A DNA stretch of 64,000 nucleotides, from positions 928,001 to 992,000 of the forward strand of contig CAXXKA010000008.1 of assembly GCA_963668625.2 (NCBI GenBank), in the 5' to 3' direction. The stretch comes from an uncultured candidate division Zixibacteria bacterium (GTDB lineage: Bacteria > Zixibacteria > MSB-5A5 > UBA10806 > 4484-95). The notes below the pieces were generated by a model. That model made no database searches, had not been told where the DNA came from, and worked only from the letters and a program-made list of their open reading frames with translations. Positions 29,333 to 40,165 of the stretch are shown here, in pieces; position 1 is the first letter of the stretch, and every line of letters begins with the position of its first letter. Position numbers and translations under genes: made by a program.

Positions 29333-30684
29333 CTATTCGCATAGTGGCCAGCCATCGGGTGCGGTAGTAGGCACATCCTCGTCGCTGAGCCATTCCGGTG
29401 GAGTATCGGGGCAGTATAGAATCGGATTAATACCTCTGAAATGGTTAACGAAATAGGTTACATCACTACCGGTTGTGCTGCAATCGCCGTTTATATCCGC
29501 CGCTGCGAAGAAACCATTAAAGTTGCAGGGAATGCTTGCTGGTTTGCCACGGAAGAAGTTCACCAAATAGGTAATATCAGCCTGGCCGGTGCTGGGAGGC
29601 CAAGCAGCGTAGGCCATGTTGGCATCCCCGGGAAGATACTTGTAGGCATTTATAATCTTTAGAACTGGGAAATGTTGCGATAAGGAATATACCTTTGTTC
29701 CAGTTTAATCTGCTATATATGCAGGCGCTGAACTAAGAGTCAGACCTGTTCCTATAGCATCGTTAATTACGATATCATCAGGAGTTAAATTATCCCTGAT
29801 ATGAGCTTTGAATGTCATGAATTGAATCGGTGCTGATCCGGGGGTGAAGTAAAACGGTGATGGATCATATGGCACCGGGCCATCATTATAAGCTACGAAT
29901 GCTTTGCTGTCCCAGGTATTGCCCAGGCTGTCTATCATGAAATCATGATAAACCTCATTAAATGAAAACAGGTCCCAGTCATCGAATATATCGTAATTAT
30001 ATGTACAATCGGTGGCAAATGAATCTATATATGCGTTCACTAGTGTCCGGTGTTTTTCGTTAAATTTTAAATTTCTCCTTGGAATTGTTAATGAAAAATA
30101 TTTTCCGATATAATTATTTTATTCAGCGTATCATTCATCCTGACATATCCTGCCGATGTTAGGCTTGGTTTTCTGGTTTCCAAGCGCTGCTTGGAAACCT
30201 TCTTGAATCATGTAGAATGCGCATTCTGCCGGCAAACAAGCCACGTTGCGAAGCAGCGCTTCGCAACGAGATGAAAAGACCGGACAGTAGTGATATGCGT
30301 TGTTAATACCTAAAGATGTATAAGAGTCCCAGGGGCCTTCGCCATATAAATCCTCTAGCAACTACTATCCTCAACTAATAAACCAAAATTACGAGAATCC
30401 CACTGGATAATTATCCCAGTCGGGTCAAAGTGGCATAATTCCTGTAGAAAATAATCCGAGTAGATGTTATTTATTGCTATTGGGCAGTTGAAATATCCCC
30501 CGCCGACACTTGAGTCAAGCGCTACGAAATACACCGGAATATCAATGGTATCGTTTAAAGCTACCTCGATAGGCTCTCCTGCCGGGCCATCATTATCACC
30601 TACCAAAAACATAACCTGCTGAGCTGATACCGAGATGCTACTAATTAGGATACAGCAAGCGATTATCTTAGCCGTTTTGCTTAT
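29333..30684 (-). pseudogene. Disrupted gene for a secreted protein with a C-terminal dockerin-like domain
   Basis: AAGGAG RBS followed by an ATA (probably mutated) start and a signal peptide. Fragments at 30355-30612, about 30293-30361, 29705-30037 and 29333-29660 lie in different frames. A MITE interrupts the gene. Confidence 0.8.
30038..30292. mobile_element. 255-bp non-autonomous element (MITE) with terminal inverted repeats and a 9-bp target-site duplication
   Basis: Ends CACTAGTGTCCGG and CCGGACAGTAGTG (12/13 IR); ATATGCGTT at both 30029-30037 and 30293-30301; excision restores the reading GINNAYIDSFATD. Confidence 0.9.
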
Positions 30685-31092
30685 AATACTCTCCTTGAAA
30701 TAGTTTTATTATAAAAATTCTACTTATTTTACATCATTTCGATAACTGTCAGCGATAAATCTCCGGTATGATAAAAGAGCTAAAATGGTGTGTTAAGTGT
30801 TTTTTGTGAGGTTTAAGTTAATTAACTTGACACTCATTCATCAATCATTTGCCGAAATCTTAATTTCACACCCTTCCTTCGATAAATTATTATTATTTAT
30901 TTATCGTTACTTAAAGAGCCATATGATTAATGTAATATTTTCAATCTACTCGTCAATTACTTAGAACTGATTGTTTTAGTATAGATAAAGCAATACATTA
31001 TTTATATAGCTTGGCAAAGAAATCATTAGTGTAGGAAAATAGAACTGAACTAAAGCAATGTTTGGAATATTATTCGGATCAAATCAGTTGAG

Positions 31093-31173
31093 CTAAGCCA
31101 TATATATGGCTGCAACTACGCCGATTGCCAGCGAGAGCACTATTATTACGATACCCAACACGACACGTTTCAT
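31093..31173 (-). CDS. 26-aa single-TM small protein MKRVVLGIVIIVLSLAIGVVAAIYMA
   Basis: GAGGTG RBS before ATG 31173; basic N-terminus plus a 23-aa hydrophobic stretch. Confidence 0.45.
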   Translation of the reverse strand: MKRVVLGIVIIVLSLAIGVVAAIYMA

Positions 31174-31318
31174 GGCTACACCTCTGGTGTTGACCTGTTT
31201 ACGATTAATAATTTTTAGCTTACTCTCTCAGTCCAAACTGAAGATGCTGCAATAAAGATAGCATATGGCTTATTTTAGTCAAGCAAAATTTAAGTAAATG
31301 AGCAAGAGCTCGTGTCTA

Positions 31319-32518
31319 TTATTCAAGGGCTTTTTGCTTAGCTCTTTCGAGATTGGTTTTGTAGATATGAAAACTAGAATCATCGCTTTTAGCGGCTTTT
31401 TCAACAGCTTTAGCATAACTTTGCGCGGCCAGGTCGTATTGTTTATTCTCGTAATAAGCATCACCCAGGCTGTCAAATACATTTGCCGATTTCGGGTAGA
31501 GCCGGGTATTATGTTTGAATATTTTGATAGCCTCATCGATTTTATTTTCTCTTAATGCGCGATATCCCATAAGGTTGAGCATCTCTTCAGGCGGCTTTAT
31601 TTCGAAACCGAATCGCTCGGTAACCATTCGGTAATGCTGCTCGATAGCATCCAGGCCCTTATTTTGAATCTCCAGCGGCGGCCGTAGATCCTTGAATATC
31701 AACTCCAGACCCTGGTACAGGCTCAATAGCGGGGTGGAGAGATGGCTTTCACCCGGCATGTATTTATATTTCCACAGGAATTTCTCCGGGGCGTTAACCG
31801 CCAGCATATCCACGAAACGCTGCATCGGTTCGAGCATGCCATCGCCCTCATCGCCCATAGTCAGATACATGAACTTGTTCAACTCCCGGTTTTTGCTCAG
31901 AAAATTCCGGGTGTTTCTTATCAGCATATCGTTTTGCCAATCCAGGGGCGCGCTTATGATAATATAGGCGTCGAACAAATCCGGCATGGTGTACATCGAG
32001 TACACGCCAAAAATCCCCCCCAGAGAATGCCCCGAATATATTCGATATGGCTCCGTCGGGTACTTGCTCTCGATATAAGGCATCAGTTCGTATTTCAGGA
32101 ACATCATGAATTTATCCGCTTCGCCTTCGTACTCCTGATATCCGGGTTTATATCCCTCCTCGAATTTCGGGGCCAGATCCCGGTCGCGGCTGCTATGCGG
32201 GATAGCTACCATAATCATTTCGGGGATATGGTCACAGGCAGATAAGAACGAGACTATGCCGCTGGAGTAATGAAAATTACTACTGCCATCGGTTATATAT
32301 AAAACCGGGTATTCGTGCTCGTGAAGGTCTGCGCCGCGCGGCAGGTATACGAGTAAATCCCGATCCTCATCGAGAATACCCGAGTGTACGCGATGAGCAT
32401 AACCGACATACACCGGCGCGGTTTTTATTTCGCTCTGGGCCGACACGGATGAAGTGCCGAGCATGAAGAAAATAGAAGCTAATATTATGATAACAAATAT
32501 GAATTTACCGCTTTTCAT
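31319..32518 (-). CDS. Secreted alpha/beta hydrolase (IroE/Fes-like esterase) with C-terminal TPR
   Basis: YPVLYITDG, RDRDL, GHSLGG and ESH motifs; TPR 'NVFDSLGDAY'; alternative start at 32542. Confidence 0.88.
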   Translation of the reverse strand: MKSGKFIFVIIILASIFFMLGTSSVSAQSEIKTAPVYVGYAHRVHSGILDEDRDLLVYLPRGADLHEHEYPVLYITDGSSNFHYSSGIVSFLSACDHIPEMIMVAIPHSSRDRDLAPKFEEGYKPGYQEYEGEADKFMMFLKYELMPYIESKYPTEPYRIYSGHSLGGIFGVYSMYTMPDLFDAYIIISAPLDWQNDMLIRNTRNFLSKNRELNKFMYLTMGDEGDGMLEPMQRFVDMLAVNAPEKFLWKYKYMPGESHLSTPLLSLYQGLELIFKDLRPPLEIQNKGLDAIEQHYRMVTERFGFEIKPPEEMLNLMGYRALRENKIDEAIKIFKHNTRLYPKSANVFDSLGDAYYENKQYDLAAQSYAKAVEKAAKSDDSSFHIYKTNLERAKQKALE

Positions 32519-32652
32519 ATATTCCTCACTACCTTTATTCATGGATCCTGATTTCTTGCCAAACGTGAATATATACCACTTTCATCTATTTATACAATCG
32601 ATACGGTATAAAATTTCAGAATTTATTGTATCTCGCGGCTAAAAAGCACAAC

Positions 32653-33693
32653 TTAGCTTTTCGATTCATCATCCCGGCTCTTACGTTTTCTGGCTTCGTC
32701 CTGCCAGTCGACCGCCTGATCGGTCTCATCGACGATCTCGGTGCCGAGAATAGTCTCGATCAAATCCTCGAGAGTAATTAAACCTGCTACTCCGCCAAAC
32801 TCATCGACGAGTATTGCTATAATATGTCGTTTCTTGAGAAAGTTTTTCAGAAGAGTCAAGCAATTGGCCGATCCGGGAATGTAGTTGATCTCTCTTACAA
32901 TCGATTCGACCAGCGCCGATTCCTGATCGCGGGCTTTAGCCAGGATGATATCCTGGGCCATTACATAGCCTATTATTTTCTCGCGATGCTCCTTATAAAC
33001 CGGCACCCTGCTGAATCCCTTGCCCTCTATTTCGTTAAACGCTTCTTCCACAGTCATGAAAGCATCCAGCGAAAAAATCATCGTGCGTGGGGTCATGATA
33101 TCCCGGGCGCGCATATCCTCCAGTTTAATGATGTTTTTTACCATTGAACTCTCATCATGAGATATCTCGCCCTGGCTGGCGCCCATTCTGACCAGCGCCA
33201 ATATTTCATCCTCGGTAATTCGACTAACTTTCGTACCCCGCGTAATAAATGATGAGAATTTCTCTGTCAGGAAAATCGCGGGATAGAGTAGAAATCGTAT
33301 TAGTTGAAGCGGGTAGACGATCAGCGGCCATAGTCTGCGCCAGCGCACAACGCCGATTGTTTTGGGCATAATCTCGGATAAGAACAATATTCCCAGTGTC
33401 AGGGCTATGGGGAAAAATGCGAACATAGACGGAGATAACACTTTAGCGGCATACATGCCGGCTAAGGTTGCGCCTGTCGTGTTGGCGATGGTGTTCAATA
33501 TGAGTATTGCCGCGATCGGTTCTGAGATATTTTGTTTCAAGCGGATGAATTTAACGGCCAATCGCCCCATCTGCTTGTTGTCGCGGGCGGCCTCCAGGGT
33601 GCTCATCCGGGAGGAGTAAAGAACAGCCTCATAAAGCGAGCAATTAGCAGATATAAAAAGAGTGAAAAACACTACTATTATCAGAATTGACAC
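32653..33693 (-). CDS. CNNM/DUF21-CBS (hemolysin/CorC-like) membrane protein
   Basis: SANCSLYEA, ILNTIANT, SEIMPKTIG, MTPR, FSRVPV and DEFGGVAGLITLED motifs. Confidence 0.92.
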   Translation of the reverse strand: MSILIIVVFFTLFISANCSLYEAVLYSSRMSTLEAARDNKQMGRLAVKFIRLKQNISEPIAAILILNTIANTTGATLAGMYAAKVLSPSMFAFFPIALTLGILFLSEIMPKTIGVVRWRRLWPLIVYPLQLIRFLLYPAIFLTEKFSSFITRGTKVSRITEDEILALVRMGASQGEISHDESSMVKNIIKLEDMRARDIMTPRTMIFSLDAFMTVEEAFNEIEGKGFSRVPVYKEHREKIIGYVMAQDIILAKARDQESALVESIVREINYIPGSANCLTLLKNFLKKRHIIAILVDEFGGVAGLITLEDLIETILGTEIVDETDQAVDWQDEARKRKSRDDESKS

Positions 33694-33828
33694 ATCTATC
33701 TCCTAACTATAAAACAGTTACTTTCGCGTATGTCATGCTTTTAAGGATAAATATCGTTTGCATTTGTTAAATATTAATAAGTAGAAAATCGAAATTTGTC
33801 AATTGAAAAGCGGCAATTATCATGGCGT

Positions 33829-35123
33829 GATCTTATCAAGGGAATTGTGTAAATTTGTAATGATTTTCAGATTTTCGGTTATCCAGCACATAAGCGACTA
33901 TTCCATAAACGATTCGATCAACACTTTTGGCATTAACAAATTTCCTGAACGGTTTTATCCTCCTTTGCAATTCCTCCAGATATCGCTCCAGAGGATTATT
34001 GGTCTTTATTTGAGTTCTTTCAGGTTCAGCATATTCTCGATAAATCAGTGTTCGATCAAAGCCGCGAATAAATGATCGAACAGCTTTAGGTTCTTTCAAT
34101 CGCCATTTGGCCTTGAAAGCTTTCAATCGTGCCTTCAACTCTTTCTCCGTCTCGGCCTGATAGACCGCAGCAGCATCCCTGGTGATTCGGCTGCGGTTTT
34201 TACGTTCATCCAGATTCTGGCTGATATTCGACAGCTTGTGGAAGACACATTGCTGTGATTTCACCCGCGGATATAACCCGGCCAGAGCTTTAATCAGCCC
34301 CTTACCACCATCGTGAACAACAACCTCCAACAAATGACCGCGCAGACCTCGCTGCTTGAGATCCGACAGAAAGCCCCACCAGTAGGCCTCGCTCTCAGAG
34401 CCAGCCAGCATGAAGTCGATAAGCTCACGGCTGCCATCGTGACGGACACCGTAGGCCACAAGCAACACCTTCTTCACCTTAACCGGAGAGGTTATCTTCA
34501 CCCATAAACCATCCAGATGAATAAAACGATAATCATCGCCCAAAGCCCGACAGTGGAAGCTGCCAACCTCATCGTTTAATGCCTTAACTACGTTCGAGAC
34601 AGCCTGGGCGCTGATGCTTTCACCATAGGCCCGCTTGAACATCCGTGCTGTCTTGCGGGTAGAATGACCAAGCAGAAAGCCCTCTAAAATCAGCCGATCC
34701 AATAGCTGCGAACGCCGTTTGTGCTTCCGCAAGACACTCGACTCAAAGCTGCCATAACGCAGCCGGGGAACCTTTACCTCCTCTAACCAGCCGTATAAAC
34801 TCAGCAAACCCCGACGGTAATAACCATTCCGATAATCCGCCCGCTCCTCACTCCGCTCATACTTTCCGCAGCCAACCGCTATCCTAAACTCAACATTCAA
34901 CATCCGTTCCAAATGACGGCGAGCATGCTTCAACACCACACCCCGAACATCCTCCTCCCAATAACTCTTGACTCCGGCAAATACATAACCTACATTTTCA
35001 TCAGCAAACCTAAGTGGTTTCACGGGTATATCCTCCTTGAAGATTAGCGTTTTCTGCTGGATATACCCGTAATTCTTTAATACATCAATAAATACAAATT
35101 TACACAATTGAATTTACACTAAT
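33829..35123 (-). mobile_element. IS256-family insertion sequence, apparently intact
   Basis: Inverted repeats with shared core AATTGTGTAAATTTGTA; direct repeat CATGGCGT at 33821-33828 and 35124-35131 (extends to ATCATGGCGT, so the ends are uncertain by 1-2 nt). Confidence 0.9.
33836..35023 (-). CDS. IS256 family (Mutator-type) transposase
   Basis: YRNGYY.R, VPRLR, LDG, VHDG, QQCVFH and TNNPLER motifs; probable GTG start at 35023 after GGAGG. Confidence 0.95.
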   Translation of the reverse strand: MKPLRFADENVGYVFAGVKSYWEEDVRGVVLKHARRHLERMLNVEFRIAVGCGKYERSEERADYRNGYYRRGLLSLYGWLEEVKVPRLRYGSFESSVLRKHKRRSQLLDRLILEGFLLGHSTRKTARMFKRAYGESISAQAVSNVVKALNDEVGSFHCRALGDDYRFIHLDGLWVKITSPVKVKKVLLVAYGVRHDGSRELIDFMLAGSESEAYWWGFLSDLKQRGLRGHLLEVVVHDGGKGLIKALAGLYPRVKSQQCVFHKLSNISQNLDERKNRSRITRDAAAVYQAETEKELKARLKAFKAKWRLKEPKAVRSFIRGFDRTLIYREYAEPERTQIKTNNPLERYLEELQRRIKPFRKFVNAKSVDRIVYGIVAYVLDNRKSENHYKFTQFP

Positions 35124-35315
35124 CATGGCGTCTCCCTATTTCAGGAATTTGGTATAAATCACCTGGTTTAGATCCGGGTCTATTATTGAAGCTAATTCTA
35201 ACAATTCATTGACATTTAATTGAACTAAATTTAGTTTATATCGATTCATGAATTTGGTGCTTGATGGAAATAAATCGGGATCGGGAATAGAATTCTTGCC
35301 CATTAAGGAAATATT

Positions 35316-36578
35316 GTGCCTTACAAGTTGTTAGATTATAATAAATCAAATCCTGAACCGGTTATATCCCCCCCTCGGGTGAGCCCATCACGAACAAACA
35401 CTATATGCGATAAACCTCACCTGATGTTTCTGGTGCATGAAAGGTCTGACAGTATTGGCGGCGTTCAACGTCACAGCGCCCGTCTTAAAGATGGCTTGAG
35501 CTACAAATACGAGATTGAGAGATTCAACTGGAAGGGGCCGAAAAACAATTTGCCGCTGAATTTCCCCGGTTTGTATCTGAAAGCCAGACGAAATGATTAT
35601 GGCTTTATCTATTGTGATGATGGTGTTTCCGCGATCGTCGGCACCAAGGTATGCAAGCCACTGGGAAAAAAGATTATGGCTACGGTTCATGGTCTTGATA
35701 TAATCGTACCTCTGCCGGGCTATCAGCCGATTATCACGAAGGCGCTCAAGAGGCTCGATAAAGTGGTTTGTGTCAGTCGGGCTACCGCCGATCAGGCTAT
35801 CAGGCATGGCGTGGAGCCTTCCCGGGTGAGGATTATCCCTAATACCGCAGAGTACGTACCCGAGGTTACTGTTAAGAACGAATCGTTATACGAGCGGATT
35901 GAGGTTCAAACCGGGATTGATCTGCGCGATAAAAAAGTACTATTCAGCCTGGGCCGTCCGTTAAAACGTAAAGGTTTCGACAGGTTTATCGAGAAAGTCT
36001 TTCGTTATCTTCCCGAGGATTATGTTTATATTGCTGCCGGGCCGTTGCCCTCCAAACCAGCCTGGATAAAAACCGCCGGATTTTTACTTGGCGCCGAGGT
36101 CAAAAGAAAGATAGAGCTGGCGCTGGGCGTGTATACGGTTCATGATGAGCTGCTGAAATTGAGTAATCATCCCCGGGTGTTCTATCTGAATGGAGTCTCC
36201 GAGTACCTGAGAAATCTGCTATTTGCCGCCTCGGACTTATTCGTTATGCCAAACCGAACCGTCGAGGGAGATATGGAGGGATTCGGTATCGTGGCCCTGG
36301 AGGCCGCCGTGCGTGGCGTGCCTGTTATCGCCACCGGTATAGAGGGAATTACTGATGCCGTTATCGATGGCCGAAACGGTTACTGTGTGCCAGAGGGGGA
36401 TGATACCGGTATGGCCGAGACGATTAAATCTTTGATAGATAAGCCGGAGCGATTAGCCGAGTTAGGCGCTACGGCCAGGGAATTTACCCGGAAACGTTTT
36501 TCCATCGACTCGATTGTCGGCAAGTATGAAAAGCTGTTCGAGGATATACTACGGAACGGACACGATGCCGCTCACTGA
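35316..36578 (+). CDS. Glycosyltransferase family 4
   Basis: GGVQR, TVHG.D, CVS, KRKG and EGFGIVALEAA motifs. Confidence 0.92.
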   Translation: MPYKLLDYNKSNPEPVISPPRVSPSRTNTICDKPHLMFLVHERSDSIGGVQRHSARLKDGLSYKYEIERFNWKGPKNNLPLNFPGLYLKARRNDYGFIYCDDGVSAIVGTKVCKPLGKKIMATVHGLDIIVPLPGYQPIITKALKRLDKVVCVSRATADQAIRHGVEPSRVRIIPNTAEYVPEVTVKNESLYERIEVQTGIDLRDKKVLFSLGRPLKRKGFDRFIEKVFRYLPEDYVYIAAGPLPSKPAWIKTAGFLLGAEVKRKIELALGVYTVHDELLKLSNHPRVFYLNGVSEYLRNLLFAASDLFVMPNRTVEGDMEGFGIVALEAAVRGVPVIATGIEGITDAVIDGRNGYCVPEGDDTGMAETIKSLIDKPERLAELGATAREFTRKRFSIDSIVGKYEKLFEDILRNGHDAAH

Positions 36579-37663
36579 AAACCCGCTTAAAAAATCCCAG
36601 TCGATAAACCGCAATGGTTTTGATTTTCATCGGGTACTGAAAATTATCTCGTTTTTTATCCCGATCGCGGTAATCGGTAATGTGGTTTACGCCGTGATTG
36701 GTTCAGAATCGGGCATATTGGAAAAATTCAGTCATTATAAAATCGAATATCTACTGCTCGCCGTTGGGCTGGTGCTTGTTCCTGTAGTTTGCCAGATGCT
36801 ACGTATACTACTGTGGAGCCGGAAATTCGAGGTGAAAATAAAACCGATTGAGGCGTTTTAAAACCTCCGTTATAGGCGATATAGGCAGCGCGGCCACACC
36901 CACGATAATCGGCGGTGGTTACCTGAAACTACTTTTTCTGGTAGGTTATGGCTATAATCCCGGCCGGGCTACCCTCCTGATGGTGCTCGGTTCGCTCGAG
37001 GACTTGTTATTTTTCTCGTTGGCTTTACCGGTAATGATATACCTGACACATGCCTGGGATAATCCATATGTTTTAGCCGCGGTGAAAAATCTGGTTTCGC
37101 ACTGGCCGGCGCTGGTGGGGTTGGCGGTTGGTATATCGGTTATCGTCTATTTGTATAATCGCAAGAAAAGGAGAATGGAAAAAAGCCGGCGCAACGGAGA
37201 GTCCAGCGAGCAACAAGAAATCGGTTTGTGGGGAAAGCTGGTACTCAAGTTTCGTCACTACAAAGAGGATTTCCTTCAAGCGGTGGTTTTCATTACCCAA
37301 AAAGGCAAAGGTACATTATTGCTGGCAACAGCCTTAACCGGAATAGGTTGGGCGTGCAGGTACGCCAGTATAAACGCGCTGGTGCTTGGTCTGGGCTACG
37401 AGGTTGATCTGCTTTTATTTACTCTCTTGCACTGGGTGGTTTTCTCCACCATGACGATGATACCTACCCCCGGAGCAGTTGGTGGGGCGGAGATCTCGTT
37501 TGCGCTGGTTTTCGGGGGCTTATTGCCACCGGGCGTAATCCCGATTATTACCGGTGTCTGGCGATTCGTTACTTATTATATGGTAGTGACGGCCGGCGCA
37601 ATCTATATGGCAATTGCCGGTCCGAAATTTCCCTCAGGTAAAGGTGAGGATATCGAAAGATAA
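36565..37663 (+). pseudogene. Lysylphosphatidylglycerol synthase TM/flippase-like membrane protein, frameshifted near 36855
   Basis: ATG 36565; the 36514-36861 frame joins the 36848-37663 frame at GCGTTTTAAAAC; TP..GG, PTPGAVGGAE and WRFVTYY motifs. May be a sequence error. Confidence 0.75.
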
Positions 37664-37843
37664 ATAGTTAATGGATTTCATAGATGCTCGATATGATAAT
37701 TTCATGAGCAGATTTTGCGTGAATTTAGTAAACTTTGTTTGGGATTCGTCGTACAATTACGAAATATTGAAGAATAAAAAGTTTGGTAAATAATTTAAGC
37801 TTTAAATAAACACCATTTCTTCATTAGCAGGAGTGAACATTTA

Positions 37844-40151
37844 ATGATAAAACTACTCGCAATAGTTATAGTTTTTACGACCTTCGCCGTTTCAACCGCC
37901 CAGCAGAACTACACTATAAGCGGTCATGTCAGGGATAAAGAGAGTGGAGAGGAACTTATCGGCACGACTATCTATGTCAAAGCTCTCCAATCCGGCACGA
38001 GTTCGAACGTGTATGGATTCTACTCGCTGACAATTCCCGAGGGTATTTACCTGGTGCGCTACAGTATGATCGGTTACGATGCATACGAGATTGAGATAGA
38101 ATTGACGAATGATATTCGCCATGATATCGAGCTGAAATCCAGCGCGGTCAGGGGACAGGATGAGATAGTAACCGCCGAGGCGCCCGACAGGAATGTAAAA
38201 TCCGTCGAGATGGGGACCGTGGAGATAAACCCGGCGCAAGTGAAATCGGTACCGGTTTTGTTCGGCGAACAGGATCTTTTAAAGACCCTCCAGCTATTAC
38301 CCGGCGTACAGGCGGGTCGGCGAGGGGAAACAGCGGTTTCAATGTCAGGGGCGGAGGTCCCGACCAGAACCTTCTGCTTTTGGATGAGGGCGTGGTCTAC
38401 AACGCCTCGCATCTACTGGGATTTTTCTCGGTATTCAACACCGATGCTATCAAGGATGCCGTTTTTTACAAAGGATCGTCCCCGGCCAAGTATGGGGGAC
38501 GATTGTCCTCGGTGCTGGATATGAAGATGAAAGAAGGCAACTCCAAAGATTTCAGTCTGGATGCCGGGATTGGTTTGATAGCCTCGAGGTTCACGTTGCA
38601 GGCGCCGATTAAAAAGGATGTCAGTTCGTTTATTATCTCGGGACGCAGAACATATGCCGATTTGTTCCTCAAGCTTTCCAGCAATGAATCGATGAACAAG
38701 TCGAAGCTGTATTTTTACGATCTGAACATGAAAACCAACTACCGTGCCGGTGAAAACGATCGCCTGTTTTTATCGGGATATTTCGGCCGGGATGTCTTAG
38801 GCTATGCCGATGATTTCGGGATCGACTGGGGGAACGCGGTCGGCACGTTCAGATGGAACCATCTGTTTAGCAATAAATTGTTTTTGAATACCTCGCTTTT
38901 ATATAGCGATTACGGATATAAGGTCGGCGTATCCAATGGTGATGAATTGGTAAGCATCAAGTCCTCCATAGTTAATCTAACTTTAAAAGAGGATTTCGAG
39001 TATTTCCATAATACAAGGAACACGTTCACGTTCGGATTGGATTATAACCTATCACACATTCAAACCGGGAGTCATCGAGGCTAACGACGAAAGCTCGATC
39101 AACAAGCTCGAGATCAAAGAGAAATATGCTTTCGAAAACGCGCTTTACGCCAATCATAAATTCAAATTTACCAATATGCTGAGCGTGGATTACGGTTTAC
39201 GCTACTCGACTTTCACGCTAATCGGTCCGGGACGAGTAATATGGGTTTGACGAGGACGGCGATATTACCGACACGACCGATTACTCCGGCGGCGAGCTTA
39301 TCAAGCATTATAACCAGGTCGAACCCCGGATCACTTTCAACTACTCATATGATGACGAGAGCTCGTTTAAAGCCTCATACGCTCGTAACACCCAGTTCAT
39401 GCACCTGATATCGAATACGACGACAACTACACCGTTCGATTTATGGCACCCCAGTACGAGTTCCGTAAAGCCCGGAATCGCCGATCAATACGCGGTCGGT
39501 TATTTCCGGAATTTCAACGACAACCAGTACGAGACCTCGATAGAATTTTATTACAAGGATTTGAAAAACCAGATAGATTTGAAAACCGGTGCGAATATAT
39601 TTTTGAATGAATTCATCGAATCCGAATTGGAATTCGGCAAAGCCCGATCATACGGAGTGGAGTTATTCGCCAAGAAGAAAACCGGCAAGCTTACCGGTTG
39701 GTTGAGTTATACCCTGACGAAGACCGAAAAGAAATTCGACAATATCGAAAACGGCGAATGGTACCCGGCCCGTCAGGATAGAAGGCACGATCTCTCGCTT
39801 GTAGGGATGTACGACCTGGGACGCAACTGGACTTTTTCGGCAACCTGGGTTTACTATACCGGCAATGCCGTCACGTTCCCCGAGGGCAAGTATGTCGTCG
39901 ATGATCATCTGGTTAACCTGTACACGAAGCGTAACAGCTACCGTATGCCTAATTACCATCGCCTCGATCTTGGATTGACCTGGGAGGGACACAGTTCCAG
40001 TTGGAATTTCTCACTGTACAACGCATATGGCAGAAGAAACGCCTACTCGATAGAATTCCGTCAAAACGAGGATGATCCCTCGATGACCGAGGCGGTACGA
40101 ATCGCGCTGTTCTCGTTTTTCCCGTCAATAACATATAACTTCTGGTTTTAG
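37844..40151 (+). pseudogene. TonB-dependent receptor (CarboxypepD_reg + plug + barrel), frameshifted
   Basis: Fragments read GEQDLLKTLQLLPGV, VRGGGPDQNL, YGGRLSSVLD, MPNYHRLDLG and a terminal SITYNFWF. Frame changes near 38320, 39050 and 39240. Confidence 0.85.
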
Positions 40152-40165
40152 GGAGGATTTGAAAT

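Noticed and set aside
30131-30292. ORF 30131-30361 and ORF 47235-47480 sharing 'ACLPAEC.FYM.QE'
   Set aside because: The similarity comes from translating the non-coding MITE sequence, not from a protein family.
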